From an uncultured Anaeroplasma sp. (lineage in GTDB: Bacteria; Bacillota_I; Bacilli_A; Acholeplasmatales; Anaeroplasmataceae), in contig CAMEJG010000007.1 in the NCBI GenBank assembly GCA_945919465.1, forward strand, positions 1,099 to 65,098: a stretch of 64,000 bases of DNA. Reading direction: 5' to 3'. Shown one piece after another: positions 8,950-17,946 of the stretch. Position numbers and translations under genes: made by a program. The notes beneath the pieces were generated by a model, which had not been told where the DNA came from, did not search any database, and saw only the letters and a list, made by a program, of their open reading frames with translations. Numbering within the stretch: position 1 is the stretch's first letter; every line of letters begins with the position of its first letter.

Positions 8950-10197
8950 TTAAGCTTCATTATATTTCTTTTTTATATATAAATCAATCTCTTCAGCAAC
9001 CTTCTTTGTTGCGGCAACAGCCTCAACAACAGTTTTAGCTCCAGAAACTACATCACCAGCAGCATATACACCCTCTCTAGTTGTAGCTCCACCACTAGTA
9101 GTTTCAATTAATCCTCTCTTATTTGTATCAATTTGCTTAGTATTCTTTACAATATTAGATAATGCACCCTGGCCAATTGCGATAATAACAGAAGAAGATT
9201 CAAACTTATAAACATTTTCACTATCATTAATATATTCTATAGTTCCATCCTCATTAGTCTTTTGAATAACTGGTTCAACCATAATACCATCATCTAAAAT
9301 TTGAACGGTATTTAGATAATAATTCATCTTAACACCATCAACTATAGCTAAATCTAATTCTTCTTTTAATGCTGTAACCTCTTCAGGTCCTCTAAAGAAG
9401 ATAATATCCACCTTAGCTCTTGTTTTTCTTAGAATTGTTCTTGCTGCATCCATTGCTACATTACCAGCACCAATAATTACTACATGATCACCAAGCTCGG
9501 TATATGAATCAGGATTCTTTAAGTAATCAATTGCGAAATGAACATTTCCTAAAGTTTCTCCAGGTATTCTTAATCTATTTGGATTCCATACACCAGTACC
9601 AATAAATATTGCATCATAACCATCTCTAAACATATCATCAATAGTTATTGTAGGTCCAATTAATGTATTAGGTCTAAATAAAATACCTAATTCATTCATT
9701 CTAGTTAATAGCTTATCTAATAAACTCTTAGGTAATCTAAATTCAGGAATACCATATCTTAATACTCCACCAATTTTATCCTTAGAATCAATAATTGTTA
9801 CCTTATATCCTTTTTTAGCCATTATAATAGCTAGGGTTAAACCTGCAGGACCAGCACCAATAATTCCTAATCTATGACCATTAGATGGTTGAGCTTCTAA
9901 TTTTGCCTTTTCAAGATAAAAAGTAGAAATATATGTTTCAACCTCATAGAATTTTATAGGAGCTCCTTTACGATTTAATACACAATGTCCCATACAATTC
10001 TTTTCATGAGGACAAATTAATGAACATAAGGCTGATAATGGATTATTATCAAAAAGCTTTTCACCAGCTTCATCCATTTTTCCATCTAAAAACATTTGCA
10101 TAATGATAGGAATATCTGTATGAACTGGACAACCCTCCTTACACATTGGCTTTTTACATTTTAAGCATCTTTGAGCTTCATTAATTATATCTGCCAT
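8950..10197 (-). CDS. NAD(P)-dependent Fe-S flavoprotein oxidoreductase, GltD/SudA/NfnB family
   Basis: RCLKCKKPMCKEGCPV, CSLICPHEKNCMGHC, IGAGPAGL, IGAGNVAMDAAR and GVYAAGDVVSGAKTVVEA. Confidence 0.9.
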   Translation of the reverse strand: MADIINEAQRCLKCKKPMCKEGCPVHTDIPIIMQMFLDGKMDEAGEKLFDNNPLSALCSLICPHEKNCMGHCVLNRKGAPIKFYEVETYISTFYLEKAKLEAQPSNGHRLGIIGAGPAGLTLAIIMAKKGYKVTIIDSKDKIGGVLRYGIPEFRLPKSLLDKLLTRMNELGILFRPNTLIGPTITIDDMFRDGYDAIFIGTGVWNPNRLRIPGETLGNVHFAIDYLKNPDSYTELGDHVVIIGAGNVAMDAARTILRKTRAKVDIIFFRGPEEVTALKEELDLAIVDGVKMNYYLNTVQILDDGIMVEPVIQKTNEDGTIEYINDSENVYKFESSSVIIAIGQGALSNIVKNTKQIDTNKRGLIETTSGGATTREGVYAAGDVVSGAKTVVEAVAATKKVAEEIDLYIKKKYNEA

Positions 10198-10348
10198 ATT
10201 TACCTCCCGAATTCTTTTCTATTAAGATTATACTAAAAAATAAAAAATAATGAAAGCATTTTCTATAATATAATTCAAAAAAATAATATTTTGAGATAAA
10301 AATACAAATACCTATTAAATTCTTAATATTCTGTGATATAATTTTGTT

Positions 10349-11182
10349 ATGAAATTAGAATTTATTTGTGAAAATGATAATATAAAATTAAGTGAAGAAT
10401 TAAAAAAACATATATCTAGAAAATTATATAAAAACCTAAAATCATCAAATACTATAATTTACGTTAATGGTATAGCTCATTTAGGATATATGGAAATAAA
10501 AAAAGGAGATATAATTACCTTTGAATATAATAAAGAAAGTGAGATTAAATGGGATATTTATCCATCAAATCTAGATATTAGATATGAGGATAATGATTAT
10601 TTAGTAATTTTTAAAAGAGGTAATCTAATGTCTATACCTACTAAGGGTTGTCCTTTTAGTGTTTATCAAGAGGTATTATATTATCTTAAGGAAAAAAAGG
10701 AAGCATTAAATGTATCTATAATTAATAGATTAGATAAAGAAACAAAAGGATTAATGGTTATTGCTAAAAACAGATATGCAGCATATATGCTAGAGCCTAC
10801 CCATATAAAAATGACAAGAAAATATCTTGCATTATGTGAAGGAATATTTGAAATAAAAGAAGGTACTATTAATACTTTAATAGATAAGAAGGATGATTCA
10901 AATAAAAGATATGTATCTAATACTGGAAAAGTTGCAATAACTCATTATAAAGTTATTAAAGAGATAAATGGCAATTCATTAGTTGAATTTATATTAGATA
11001 CTGGAAGAACTCATCAAATAAGAGTACATTCAGCCTATATTGGGCATCCTATTGTTGGTGATAGTATGTATAATAATGGTGATGGTAATTTATTATTATA
11101 TAGTTATCAGGTTAGTTTTAATCATTTTAGAATTAATAAGGAGATTAATGTTACAATAAATGAAAGAGATATCATCTTATAA
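10349..11182 (+). CDS. RluA-family pseudouridine synthase
   Basis: NRLDKETKGL (catalytic Asp), TGRTHQIRVH and GHPIVGDSMY. Probably leaderless. Confidence 0.92.
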   Translation: MKLEFICENDNIKLSEELKKHISRKLYKNLKSSNTIIYVNGIAHLGYMEIKKGDIITFEYNKESEIKWDIYPSNLDIRYEDNDYLVIFKRGNLMSIPTKGCPFSVYQEVLYYLKEKKEALNVSIINRLDKETKGLMVIAKNRYAAYMLEPTHIKMTRKYLALCEGIFEIKEGTINTLIDKKDDSNKRYVSNTGKVAITHYKVIKEINGNSLVEFILDTGRTHQIRVHSAYIGHPIVGDSMYNNGDGNLLLYSYQVSFNHFRINKEINVTINERDIIL

Positions 11183-11900
11183 TAAGAAAAAATATAAAAT
11201 AATTAGAATAATTATTCAGGCATTAATTATTTTATTATTATTATCTTCGGTTATATATTTAACTATAAAGTTATATCCATATTTTATAAAAATTCAAAAT
11301 GATATTGAATATAAAGAATATATAGTAGATAAAATAAGAGGCTTTGGAGGCTATTCAATATTAATAATAATATTATTGCAAATAATTCAAACTATATTTA
11401 TGATAATACCAGCAGGCCCAATAGTAATGATTTCTGGAATGCTATTATCAGAAGGTACTGCAGTACTAACCTCAATAATAGGTCAAACCTTAGGTGGAAT
11501 TATTGTTTATTTTTTAGTTAAACAATTAGGTATTAGATTTATAGCTTTATTTGTTGATCCTAAAAAAATATATCAATCTAAGCTTTTGAAAAATAAAGAA
11601 AGATGTGAGGTAATGATGTTTGGGTATCTAATGATTCCTGCATTACCTAAGGATATTGTTTCTTTTATTGCGCCATTTACTGGAATAGATTTTAAAAGCT
11701 TTGTAATGATAAATTTATTTGCTAGAATTCCTATGACTATTGTTAGTGTATTTATGGGATCTTCTTTAATAGATTTTAATATGGTATTATTAATTATATT
11801 GACAATAATATCTTGTATTTTAGCATTATTATGTTTTATTTTTCATAATAAAATTGAAGCATTTTTAAGCAAAGAGGAAAAAACATTAAAGTTATTTTAG
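11160..11900 (+). CDS. TVP38/TMEM64 (VTT/DedA-like) membrane protein
   Basis: LQIIQTIFMIIPAGPI, GQTLGG, LMIPALPKD and ARIP motifs. Confidence 0.85.
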   Translation: MKEISSYNKKKYKIIRIIIQALIILLLLSSVIYLTIKLYPYFIKIQNDIEYKEYIVDKIRGFGGYSILIIILLQIIQTIFMIIPAGPIVMISGMLLSEGTAVLTSIIGQTLGGIIVYFLVKQLGIRFIALFVDPKKIYQSKLLKNKERCEVMMFGYLMIPALPKDIVSFIAPFTGIDFKSFVMINLFARIPMTIVSVFMGSSLIDFNMVLLIILTIISCILALLCFIFHNKIEAFLSKEEKTLKLF

Positions 11901-11909
11901 GGGGATAAT

Positions 11910-12146
11910 ATGAATAAGAATATTATTGAATTAATTGGAGAAAATGGAAAAAAAATATATTTCAATTTAGAAGCTGAATTAGTGTATGATGGATATGATT
12001 ATCAAATTCTTACTCCAATAGATTCTAATATGGGACTAGATTCAGATGAGGCTTTAGTTTTTAGAATTGAAAATGGAGAATATTATATTGAAGAAAATGA
12101 TGATATTATTAATGAAATAGAAATAATGTATAATAATCAAGAATAG
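11910..12146 (+). CDS. DUF1292 family protein
   Basis: Small acidic protein; IELIGENG...Y.ILTP...EALVFRI...IEND pattern. Confidence 0.75.
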   Translation: MNKNIIELIGENGKKIYFNLEAELVYDGYDYQILTPIDSNMGLDSDEALVFRIENGEYYIEENDDIINEIEIMYNNQE

Positions 12147-12157
12147 GTGTCATAATA
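12128..12157 (+). promoter_or_regulatory. sigmaG-type (forespore) promoter
   Basis: GTATA (12128-12132)-N18-CATAATA (12151-12157); the sigmaG consensus is gnATA-N18-cAtnnTA. The SD follows immediately. Confidence 0.55.
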
Positions 12158-12177
12158 ATCATTGAAAGGATGATATA

Positions 12178-12504
12178 ATGACAAATATTAATTGTAAAGC
12201 AGAAAAATGCTGCTATAATTCTTGTGAAAAATGCTTAAAAGGCCAAATTGATGTAGAAGGATTATATGCAAAAAGTAAGGTTGGTACCTTCTGTCAATCT
12301 TATAAAAATATAGAATATAATCCTATTAAAGAAATGGAAATAGCATGTGAAATTACAGATGATAGATTACATAAGGTTTCATGTAGTGCAAATTATTGTG
12401 TATTCTATAATGAGGGTGTTTGTGATAATAAAGAGATCACTATTGGTAAAGAAACCTCATTATATCGCAGTGAAACAGAATGCGATAGCTTTACATTAAA
12501 ATAG
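12178..12504 (+). CDS. DUF1540 protein (two Cys-rich repeats)
   Basis: INCKAEKCCYNSCEKC...TFCQSY and VSCSANYCVFYNEGVC...TECDSF repeats. Confidence 0.85.
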   Translation: MTNINCKAEKCCYNSCEKCLKGQIDVEGLYAKSKVGTFCQSYKNIEYNPIKEMEIACEITDDRLHKVSCSANYCVFYNEGVCDNKEITIGKETSLYRSETECDSFTLK

Positions 12505-12512
12505 TTAAAAAA

Positions 12513-12540
12513 ATGGATAGATTAATTCTATCCATCTTTT
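12513..12540 (+). terminator. Intrinsic terminator after DUF1540
   Basis: ATGGATAGA/TCTATCCAT followed by CTTTT. Confidence 0.7.
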
Positions 12541-12621
12541 GTTTACGCTTTCATTTTATTTTACTTTTAATTTAAGTTTATTTGAGTTAAAATAGCATTA
12601 TAAATAATTAGAGGTAATTTT

Positions 12622-13275
12622 ATGTATTATAATTCATATTGGATGATAGGAGAAAATGAATTTAGTGTTGTAAGTGGCGAAGAAATGGAAAAGAATCATG
12701 CTGCTTATGGTATCTATGGTGAAATAGTCCCTTTTAACGAAGCAATTTGTATTGGGAATCCAATTGCTGATTTCACATCAACTGCATTCATTGAAGAAAG
12801 ATTATGTTCTTTAAATACTTCCTATTTAATCTATAAAGTAAAGATAAGCTCACAACTTCATAGAATTCCTAAAGATAAAGATGTGAATTTAGTATTTGGA
12901 TATGATATGTTTTGTTCTATAAATTTATTATATTTACTGGCTCAGTTTGATTATAGAGGATTCAATAATAAATTTAAGATTCATATATTAGATGAGGAAA
13001 CGATGAAGAATCTAGAATATTATGAATTAAATGCAAAGGGCTTTTATGAATTATTTGTACAAAATATTATTAATAAAAATAAAACAAATACTCCTATTAA
13101 ATCTATCAATAAAGCATTAGATTTATATTATTTATATAAAAAGCATGATAAAGATACATTATTAGCTATGCTAAATGAATATGATGATAATCTAAAGGCA
13201 TTAAGACGTCATAGAGAATATGGATTACCTGATTATGAATGGCAAAAATGGCTTGATGCTGTAATAACTAAATAA
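12622..13275 (+). CDS. Hypothetical protein, DUF1835-like
   Basis: PFNEAICIG...FIEER and LVFGYDMFCSINL resemble DUF1835 proteins. Confidence 0.5.
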   Translation: MYYNSYWMIGENEFSVVSGEEMEKNHAAYGIYGEIVPFNEAICIGNPIADFTSTAFIEERLCSLNTSYLIYKVKISSQLHRIPKDKDVNLVFGYDMFCSINLLYLLAQFDYRGFNNKFKIHILDEETMKNLEYYELNAKGFYELFVQNIINKNKTNTPIKSINKALDLYYLYKKHDKDTLLAMLNEYDDNLKALRRHREYGLPDYEWQKWLDAVITK

Positions 13276-13280
13276 ATTAT

Positions 13281-13305
13281 AAAAACCTGTAATTTACAGG
13301 TTTTT
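13281..13305. terminator. Bidirectional terminator
   Basis: Perfect AAAAACCTGTAA-T-TTACAGGTTTTT between convergent genes. Confidence 0.85.
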
Positions 13306-13310
13306 ATGTT

Positions 13311-14564
13311 TTATAGCTTAATTTCTTTTGGAAAAGGATTATCCTTCATTATTCCCCACATTTTGTCTATATATGCTAATGTATAGAAGTTTTCAAAATA
13401 ATGATAATAGAATGCTCCCTTTAATGTCATTTCATAAATTCCATTTTTATATTTAGCAAAGCCAAATAATCTAGAGATAAATAACTCAAAACGGTAAGCT
13501 TTTTTAAGAGGTATATTAAAGAATTTTTCAAAATCTGCTTCATTTACTTTAGTAGAATATGCAGTCCAGAAAAGCCAATATACCATTCTTTGATGCTTAG
13601 TAAAGCGAATAGTTAATGAAGTTGGTAGTTTATTATTTTCAATTCTTTCACAATAACTATTTATATCAAAGGTATTAATTTTAAATTGATCCTTTAATAG
13701 AGTAGTAGAAGAAGCACCAAATCCTAAGAAGGATTCTCTTGTCATAGATGAATAATTTGCACTTTCTTCTTTAGAAAAGGTCCAAATTGAATTTCTTTTA
13801 TATCCCTTTTTATAACAATAATTTGTGATAGAATCTAAAAGCTTTCTTTTTTTTCTTTTTGACATTGCTTTTACTTTACTAGCTGTAAATGTAAAATCAA
13901 TAAAGGGATAAATTGCAATATGATTGGCACCAATAGAAAATGCTAAATCAATGTCATTTTTTAAATCCTCATATTCTTGATTTGGTAATGCAAAGATAAA
14001 ATCCATTGAAACAGTTTCAAATGATATTTTATTTAATGCTTCTTTTAGACTATCAATATTAATTGTATTTCTTCCTAGTATTTTTTGATATTTTTTTGAA
14101 AATGATTGTATTCCTATACTTATTTTAGTAATTCCAGAAGCTTTTAATTTTTCTAAAATTTCTATAGTAACATTATCAGGATGAAGCTCAAGTTCAATTC
14201 CTTCAGTAATAATAAAATATTGATTTATCGTATCAATTATTTCTTTAATTCTATCTACTAATAATGCTGGAGTACCACCACCAAAATAAAGACTAGTAAC
14301 TACTTTTTTTTCATTATTTTGGCTTCCTACCATATGTATTTCTTTTATTAGGCTATCAATATATTTATTAGCTAAATCCTCATTATATTTAACCTTACAA
14401 TAAGGACAAAAGCTACATATATTTTTACAAAAGGGAATATGAACATATAATCCTAAATTTTCACATTCCTTATAGGAAAGTATTTGATCATATTCATTTT
14501 TAAATATAAAGGGCTTAGTTGTTCTTGTTAGCCACATTCTAGCTAAAGATGTTATAAAACTCAT
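13311..14564 (-). CDS. HemN-like radical SAM protein (class C radical SAM methyltransferase / coproporphyrinogen III oxidase family)
   Basis: GLYVHIPFCKNICSFCPYC, LYFGGGTP, ISIGIQSF, MDFIFALP and FLGFGASS. Confidence 0.9.
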   Translation of the reverse strand: MSFITSLARMWLTRTTKPFIFKNEYDQILSYKECENLGLYVHIPFCKNICSFCPYCKVKYNEDLANKYIDSLIKEIHMVGSQNNEKKVVTSLYFGGGTPALLVDRIKEIIDTINQYFIITEGIELELHPDNVTIEILEKLKASGITKISIGIQSFSKKYQKILGRNTINIDSLKEALNKISFETVSMDFIFALPNQEYEDLKNDIDLAFSIGANHIAIYPFIDFTFTASKVKAMSKRKKRKLLDSITNYCYKKGYKRNSIWTFSKEESANYSSMTRESFLGFGASSTTLLKDQFKINTFDINSYCERIENNKLPTSLTIRFTKHQRMVYWLFWTAYSTKVNEADFEKFFNIPLKKAYRFELFISRLFGFAKYKNGIYEMTLKGAFYYHYFENFYTLAYIDKMWGIMKDNPFPKEIKL

Positions 14565-14571
14565 ATTTCTC

Positions 14572-15474
14572 CTAAATGTACTTTAAATAAGTACGTAGCA
14601 TTTCAAATATTATTTTTAGATTTCCTTTAAATAAAAGAGTATATTCAGCAACAAAGAAGTAGCCACATTCATTACATAAACCGGGAATTTCAATACATCT
14701 ACCACAAGTTGAAAGCTTTCCATTTTCTAAAACAACACATTGATGACAAGGAGTAGGAAATTTATTTTCTACTAGATATGGGAAGGCACTTTTTAGATTA
14801 AATATTGGGGCACCTTTTTTCATCATTTCTATAATATCATCTGTACATTTTTTCTTTTCCTCTTTAGATAATGCTAAATCTTTGGTATCGGGATAAGGCG
14901 TATGAAAGTTAAATGATACTGCTCTAACATTTTTAGTATCCTTTGCTTTTTGGCATACGTCTTTAATACAGTCCTTATTAATTTGATTAATTGCCATATA
15001 AAAACAAATATTATCACTAGTTGCATTTTCAATATTATTCATAATAGTATCATAGGTATCACCACGAATAATATTATGATGTTCTTTATCGCCATCAAGA
15101 CTTAATAATATTAAATCAGCTTCCTTTAAATCTATTCGATGAGTACCATTAGTAACAACATTTACAATTAAAAAACCCATTTCTTTTGCTTCAATAACTA
15201 AATCTCTTAAGGTTTTATCTTTATCATGCCATAAAAAAGTTTCTCCACCACAAAAGAATAAGATTCTGATTCCCATATCATATAACTCTTTCATTTCCTT
15301 TTTTATTTGTTCATAAGGATGTATAATAGCAGTGATATTATTAACAGAACAATGCTTACAATGAAGATTACATTTATCTGTAACAATTATAGTACCTAAA
15401 ATAGGGTCTTTTTTCTTAAATAAAATAGTTTTTATTCCAAATCCTGCTAAATGAAAAAATGATTTTAGCTTCAT
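14572..15474 (-). CDS. Radical SAM protein with a C-terminal Cys cluster (SPASM/twitch-like)
   Basis: VTDKCNLHCKHC, FCGGETFL, VVTNG, LSLDG...HNIIRG; C-terminal PCHQC...CGRC...CNECG. Confidence 0.9.
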   Translation of the reverse strand: MKLKSFFHLAGFGIKTILFKKKDPILGTIIVTDKCNLHCKHCSVNNITAIIHPYEQIKKEMKELYDMGIRILFFCGGETFLWHDKDKTLRDLVIEAKEMGFLIVNVVTNGTHRIDLKEADLILLSLDGDKEHHNIIRGDTYDTIMNNIENATSDNICFYMAINQINKDCIKDVCQKAKDTKNVRAVSFNFHTPYPDTKDLALSKEEKKKCTDDIIEMMKKGAPIFNLKSAFPYLVENKFPTPCHQCVVLENGKLSTCGRCIEIPGLCNECGYFFVAEYTLLFKGNLKIIFEMLRTYLKYI

Positions 15475-15490
15475 AAGATAACGTCTCCTT

Positions 15491-15528
15491 GTTAAGAAAA
15501 ATTATATAATAATAAATTATTTTGTCAA
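15491..15528 (-). promoter_or_regulatory. sigmaA promoter of the radical SAM pair
   Basis: Minus strand reads TTGACA-N16-TATAAT. Confidence 0.6.
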
Positions 15529-15557
15529 TAAAAAAGCTCCAGCAATCTGCTAGAGCT
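15528..15557 (-). terminator. Intrinsic terminator of pduL
   Basis: AGCTCCAGCA/TGCTAGAGCT stem with an A-run on the plus strand. Confidence 0.7.
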
Positions 15558-15595
15558 AAGTTACTATTAATATATATATTAATAAAAAGCTTTTA

Positions 15596-16168
15596 TTACT
15601 TTACAATTGTACCTTTAATAGCACCAAATAAAGCACCTGCATTTGCTTCATCAGTATCAATATGCATTGCAAGAGCGTATTTTGGAGATACACGAATTAC
15701 AGTATCCTCAAAAGTAACCTTTCTTCCTGTTTCATTTAATACTTGAACAGAAACGATATCACCATTCTTAACACCAAATTCCTCTGCATCTTCTGGAGTC
15801 ATATGAACATGACGCTTAGCTACTAATACACCTTCAGATAGCTCAACCTCTCCACAAGGTCCTACAAGCTTACAAGGAGCAGAACCAGCTACATCACCAG
15901 ATTCTCTAACTGGAGCTGTAACACCTAAAGCTCTCGCATCAGTGAATGATACCTCAACTTGGTTAACATTACGGCAAGGTCCTAAAATTGAGCACATAAG
16001 GCTACCCTTAGGTCCTACTACAGTAATCTTTTGATTAGAAGCAAATTGACCAGGTTGGCTTAATTCCTTCTTAACAGTTAATTCTGCACCAGCACCAAAT
16101 AGCTTTTCTAATACTTCTTGAGTTACATGAACGTGTCTAGCACTTGTTTCAATAATAAATTCTTTCAT
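15596..16168 (-). CDS. pduL: Phosphate propanoyltransferase (PduL-type phosphotransacylase)
   Basis: SARHVH, LSQPGQFA, ILGPCR...QVEVS.TD, AKRHVHM and MHIDTDEANA. Confidence 0.95.
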   Translation of the reverse strand: MKEFIIETSARHVHVTQEVLEKLFGAGAELTVKKELSQPGQFASNQKITVVGPKGSLMCSILGPCRNVNQVEVSFTDARALGVTAPVRESGDVAGSAPCKLVGPCGEVELSEGVLVAKRHVHMTPEDAEEFGVKNGDIVSVQVLNETGRKVTFEDTVIRVSPKYALAMHIDTDEANAGALFGAIKGTIVK

Positions 16169-16280
16169 TATATTAATCCCCTTCTTAATAAAATAATTAT
16201 TACGAAAACATTATAGCACTATTTTATCTATTTGGCAAAAAAAATGTAATTTTTTAGTAATAAAATATTCATAATTAATA

Positions 16281-16766
16281 TTATTTATTTTTTTTTAATC
16301 CTTCTATGATTCTTTTTTCAATACATTTTGGAACATATTTAGAAATACTACAATCAAATTCTACAAGCTCTTTAATAGCACTAGAAGAAACTACTTGATT
16401 TTTAGTAGTTGGCATTAATAATATTGTTTCAATATTTGGATAAATATCTCTATTATATTGGAATAATGTAAATTCATTTTCAAAATCACTATAATTCCTC
16501 ATTCCTCTAATAATAATATTAATATTATTTTCTTTACAGTATTGAACTACTAATCCATCCCAAGCTATTACAATAACATTTTTTAAATCCTTCACACATT
16601 CATTTATCATTTCAATTCTATCATTAACTGAAAATGAGCTTTTTTTAAACATATTATAAGAAACTAAAATATGTAATTCATCAAATAATTTAGAAGCTCT
16701 TTTAATTAAATCTAAATGTCCAGTAGATATAGGATCAAAAGAACCAGGATAAACAGCTTTTCTCAT
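16281..16766 (-). CDS. coaD: Pantetheine-phosphate adenylyltransferase
   Basis: YPGSFDPISTGHLD, RGMR...DFENE and SSSAIKE. Start moved to the ATG at 16766 on SD spacing. Confidence 0.96.
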   Translation of the reverse strand: MRKAVYPGSFDPISTGHLDLIKRASKLFDELHILVSYNMFKKSSFSVNDRIEMINECVKDLKNVIVIAWDGLVVQYCKENNINIIIRGMRNYSDFENEFTLFQYNRDIYPNIETILLMPTTKNQVVSSSAIKELVEFDCSISKYVPKCIEKRIIEGLKKNK

Positions 16767-16921
16767 AAAAATAATTCCTTTCTTCACAAGTAAATTATAT
16801 ATTAAATATTATTTTTTGTCATTTTATTTTTATACTATCTGACAAAAATTACTCTTTTTCTATTAAATTAATTGTTATAATCTTTCTAACTTATGGTAAA
16901 ATGATGAAGTGAGGTGTTACT

Positions 16922-17515
16922 ATGAGTATGGTTGTTATTGCATCAAATAATAAAAATAAGGTTAAAGAATTTAAAAGTATTTTAAATACAGATAAAATAG
17001 AATTTAAAACCCTATCAGAAATAGGCTATGATAAGGAAATTATTGAAGATGGAAAAACCTTTGAAGAAAATGCCATAATAAAGGCAAGACAAATAGCTTT
17101 AGATTTAAATGTAATAGCCATTTCAGATGATTCAGGGTTAGTATGTCATGGTCTAAATGGTGCCCCAGGAATCTATTCAGCTAGATATGCAGGCACTAAT
17201 AATGACAAGGATAATAATGAATTATTAATAAAAAATTTACAAAATGTAAGTGATAGAACTGCATCATATGTTTGTGCAATTTGTATATATCACCCTAATG
17301 GAGAATATAAAGTGGTATCAGAAACTGTAGATGGAATTATTATTGATACTCCAAGAGGTGAAAATGGATTCGGCTATGATCCTCACTTTTATATAGAGGA
17401 ATGGAAAAAGACATTTGCTGAGGTACCACTTGAGGTTAAAAACCAAATTTCTCATCGAAGAAAAGCATTATATAAAATGAAGGAGCTTATCAATGAGGAT
17501 TTTAGTTTTAAGTGA
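16922..17515 (+). CDS. rdgB: Non-canonical purine NTP pyrophosphatase (RdgB/HAM1)
   Basis: ASNNKNK, TFEENA.IKA, DDSGL, PGIYSARY, GFGYDP and SHR. Confidence 0.96.
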   Translation: MSMVVIASNNKNKVKEFKSILNTDKIEFKTLSEIGYDKEIIEDGKTFEENAIIKARQIALDLNVIAISDDSGLVCHGLNGAPGIYSARYAGTNNDKDNNELLIKNLQNVSDRTASYVCAICIYHPNGEYKVVSETVDGIIIDTPRGENGFGYDPHFYIEEWKKTFAEVPLEVKNQISHRRKALYKMKELINEDFSFK

Positions 17516-17942
17516 TTCTCACAGAAGATTATTAAATATTAATATAAATGAATATGACTATATTATTCATTGTGGAGATTATGGTAATGAATATAAATTT
17601 CTAAATAATAATAACCTTTTATATGTAAAAGGGAATTGTGATATTTATGGTCCAAAGGAAAGAAAAATAAATATTAATAATAAAACAATATTAATTACTC
17701 ATGGTGATTTATATAATGTTAAATATAACTTAACTAATTTAACCTATAAAGGATTATCAGAAAATGCTAATATAGTATTTTATGGACATACTCATATTCA
17801 ACATTATTTTTATAGTGATAATATATTATATATTAATCCTGGAAGCTATCAAAATAATGATTATGTAATAATAAATGATAATGATATATTTTTTTATAAT
17901 AATGATAAATTAATAAATAGAATTAGCTATAGCTGGAGGTGA
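17493..17942 (+). CDS. YfcE/YsnB-type metallophosphoesterase
   Basis: LSDSH, HCGD, GNCD, THG, GHTH and NPGS. Confidence 0.92.
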   Translation: MRILVLSDSHRRLLNININEYDYIIHCGDYGNEYKFLNNNNLLYVKGNCDIYGPKERKININNKTILITHGDLYNVKYNLTNLTYKGLSENANIVFYGHTHIQHYFYSDNILYINPGSYQNNDYVIINDNDIFFYNNDKLINRISYSWR

Positions 17943-17946
17943 GATA

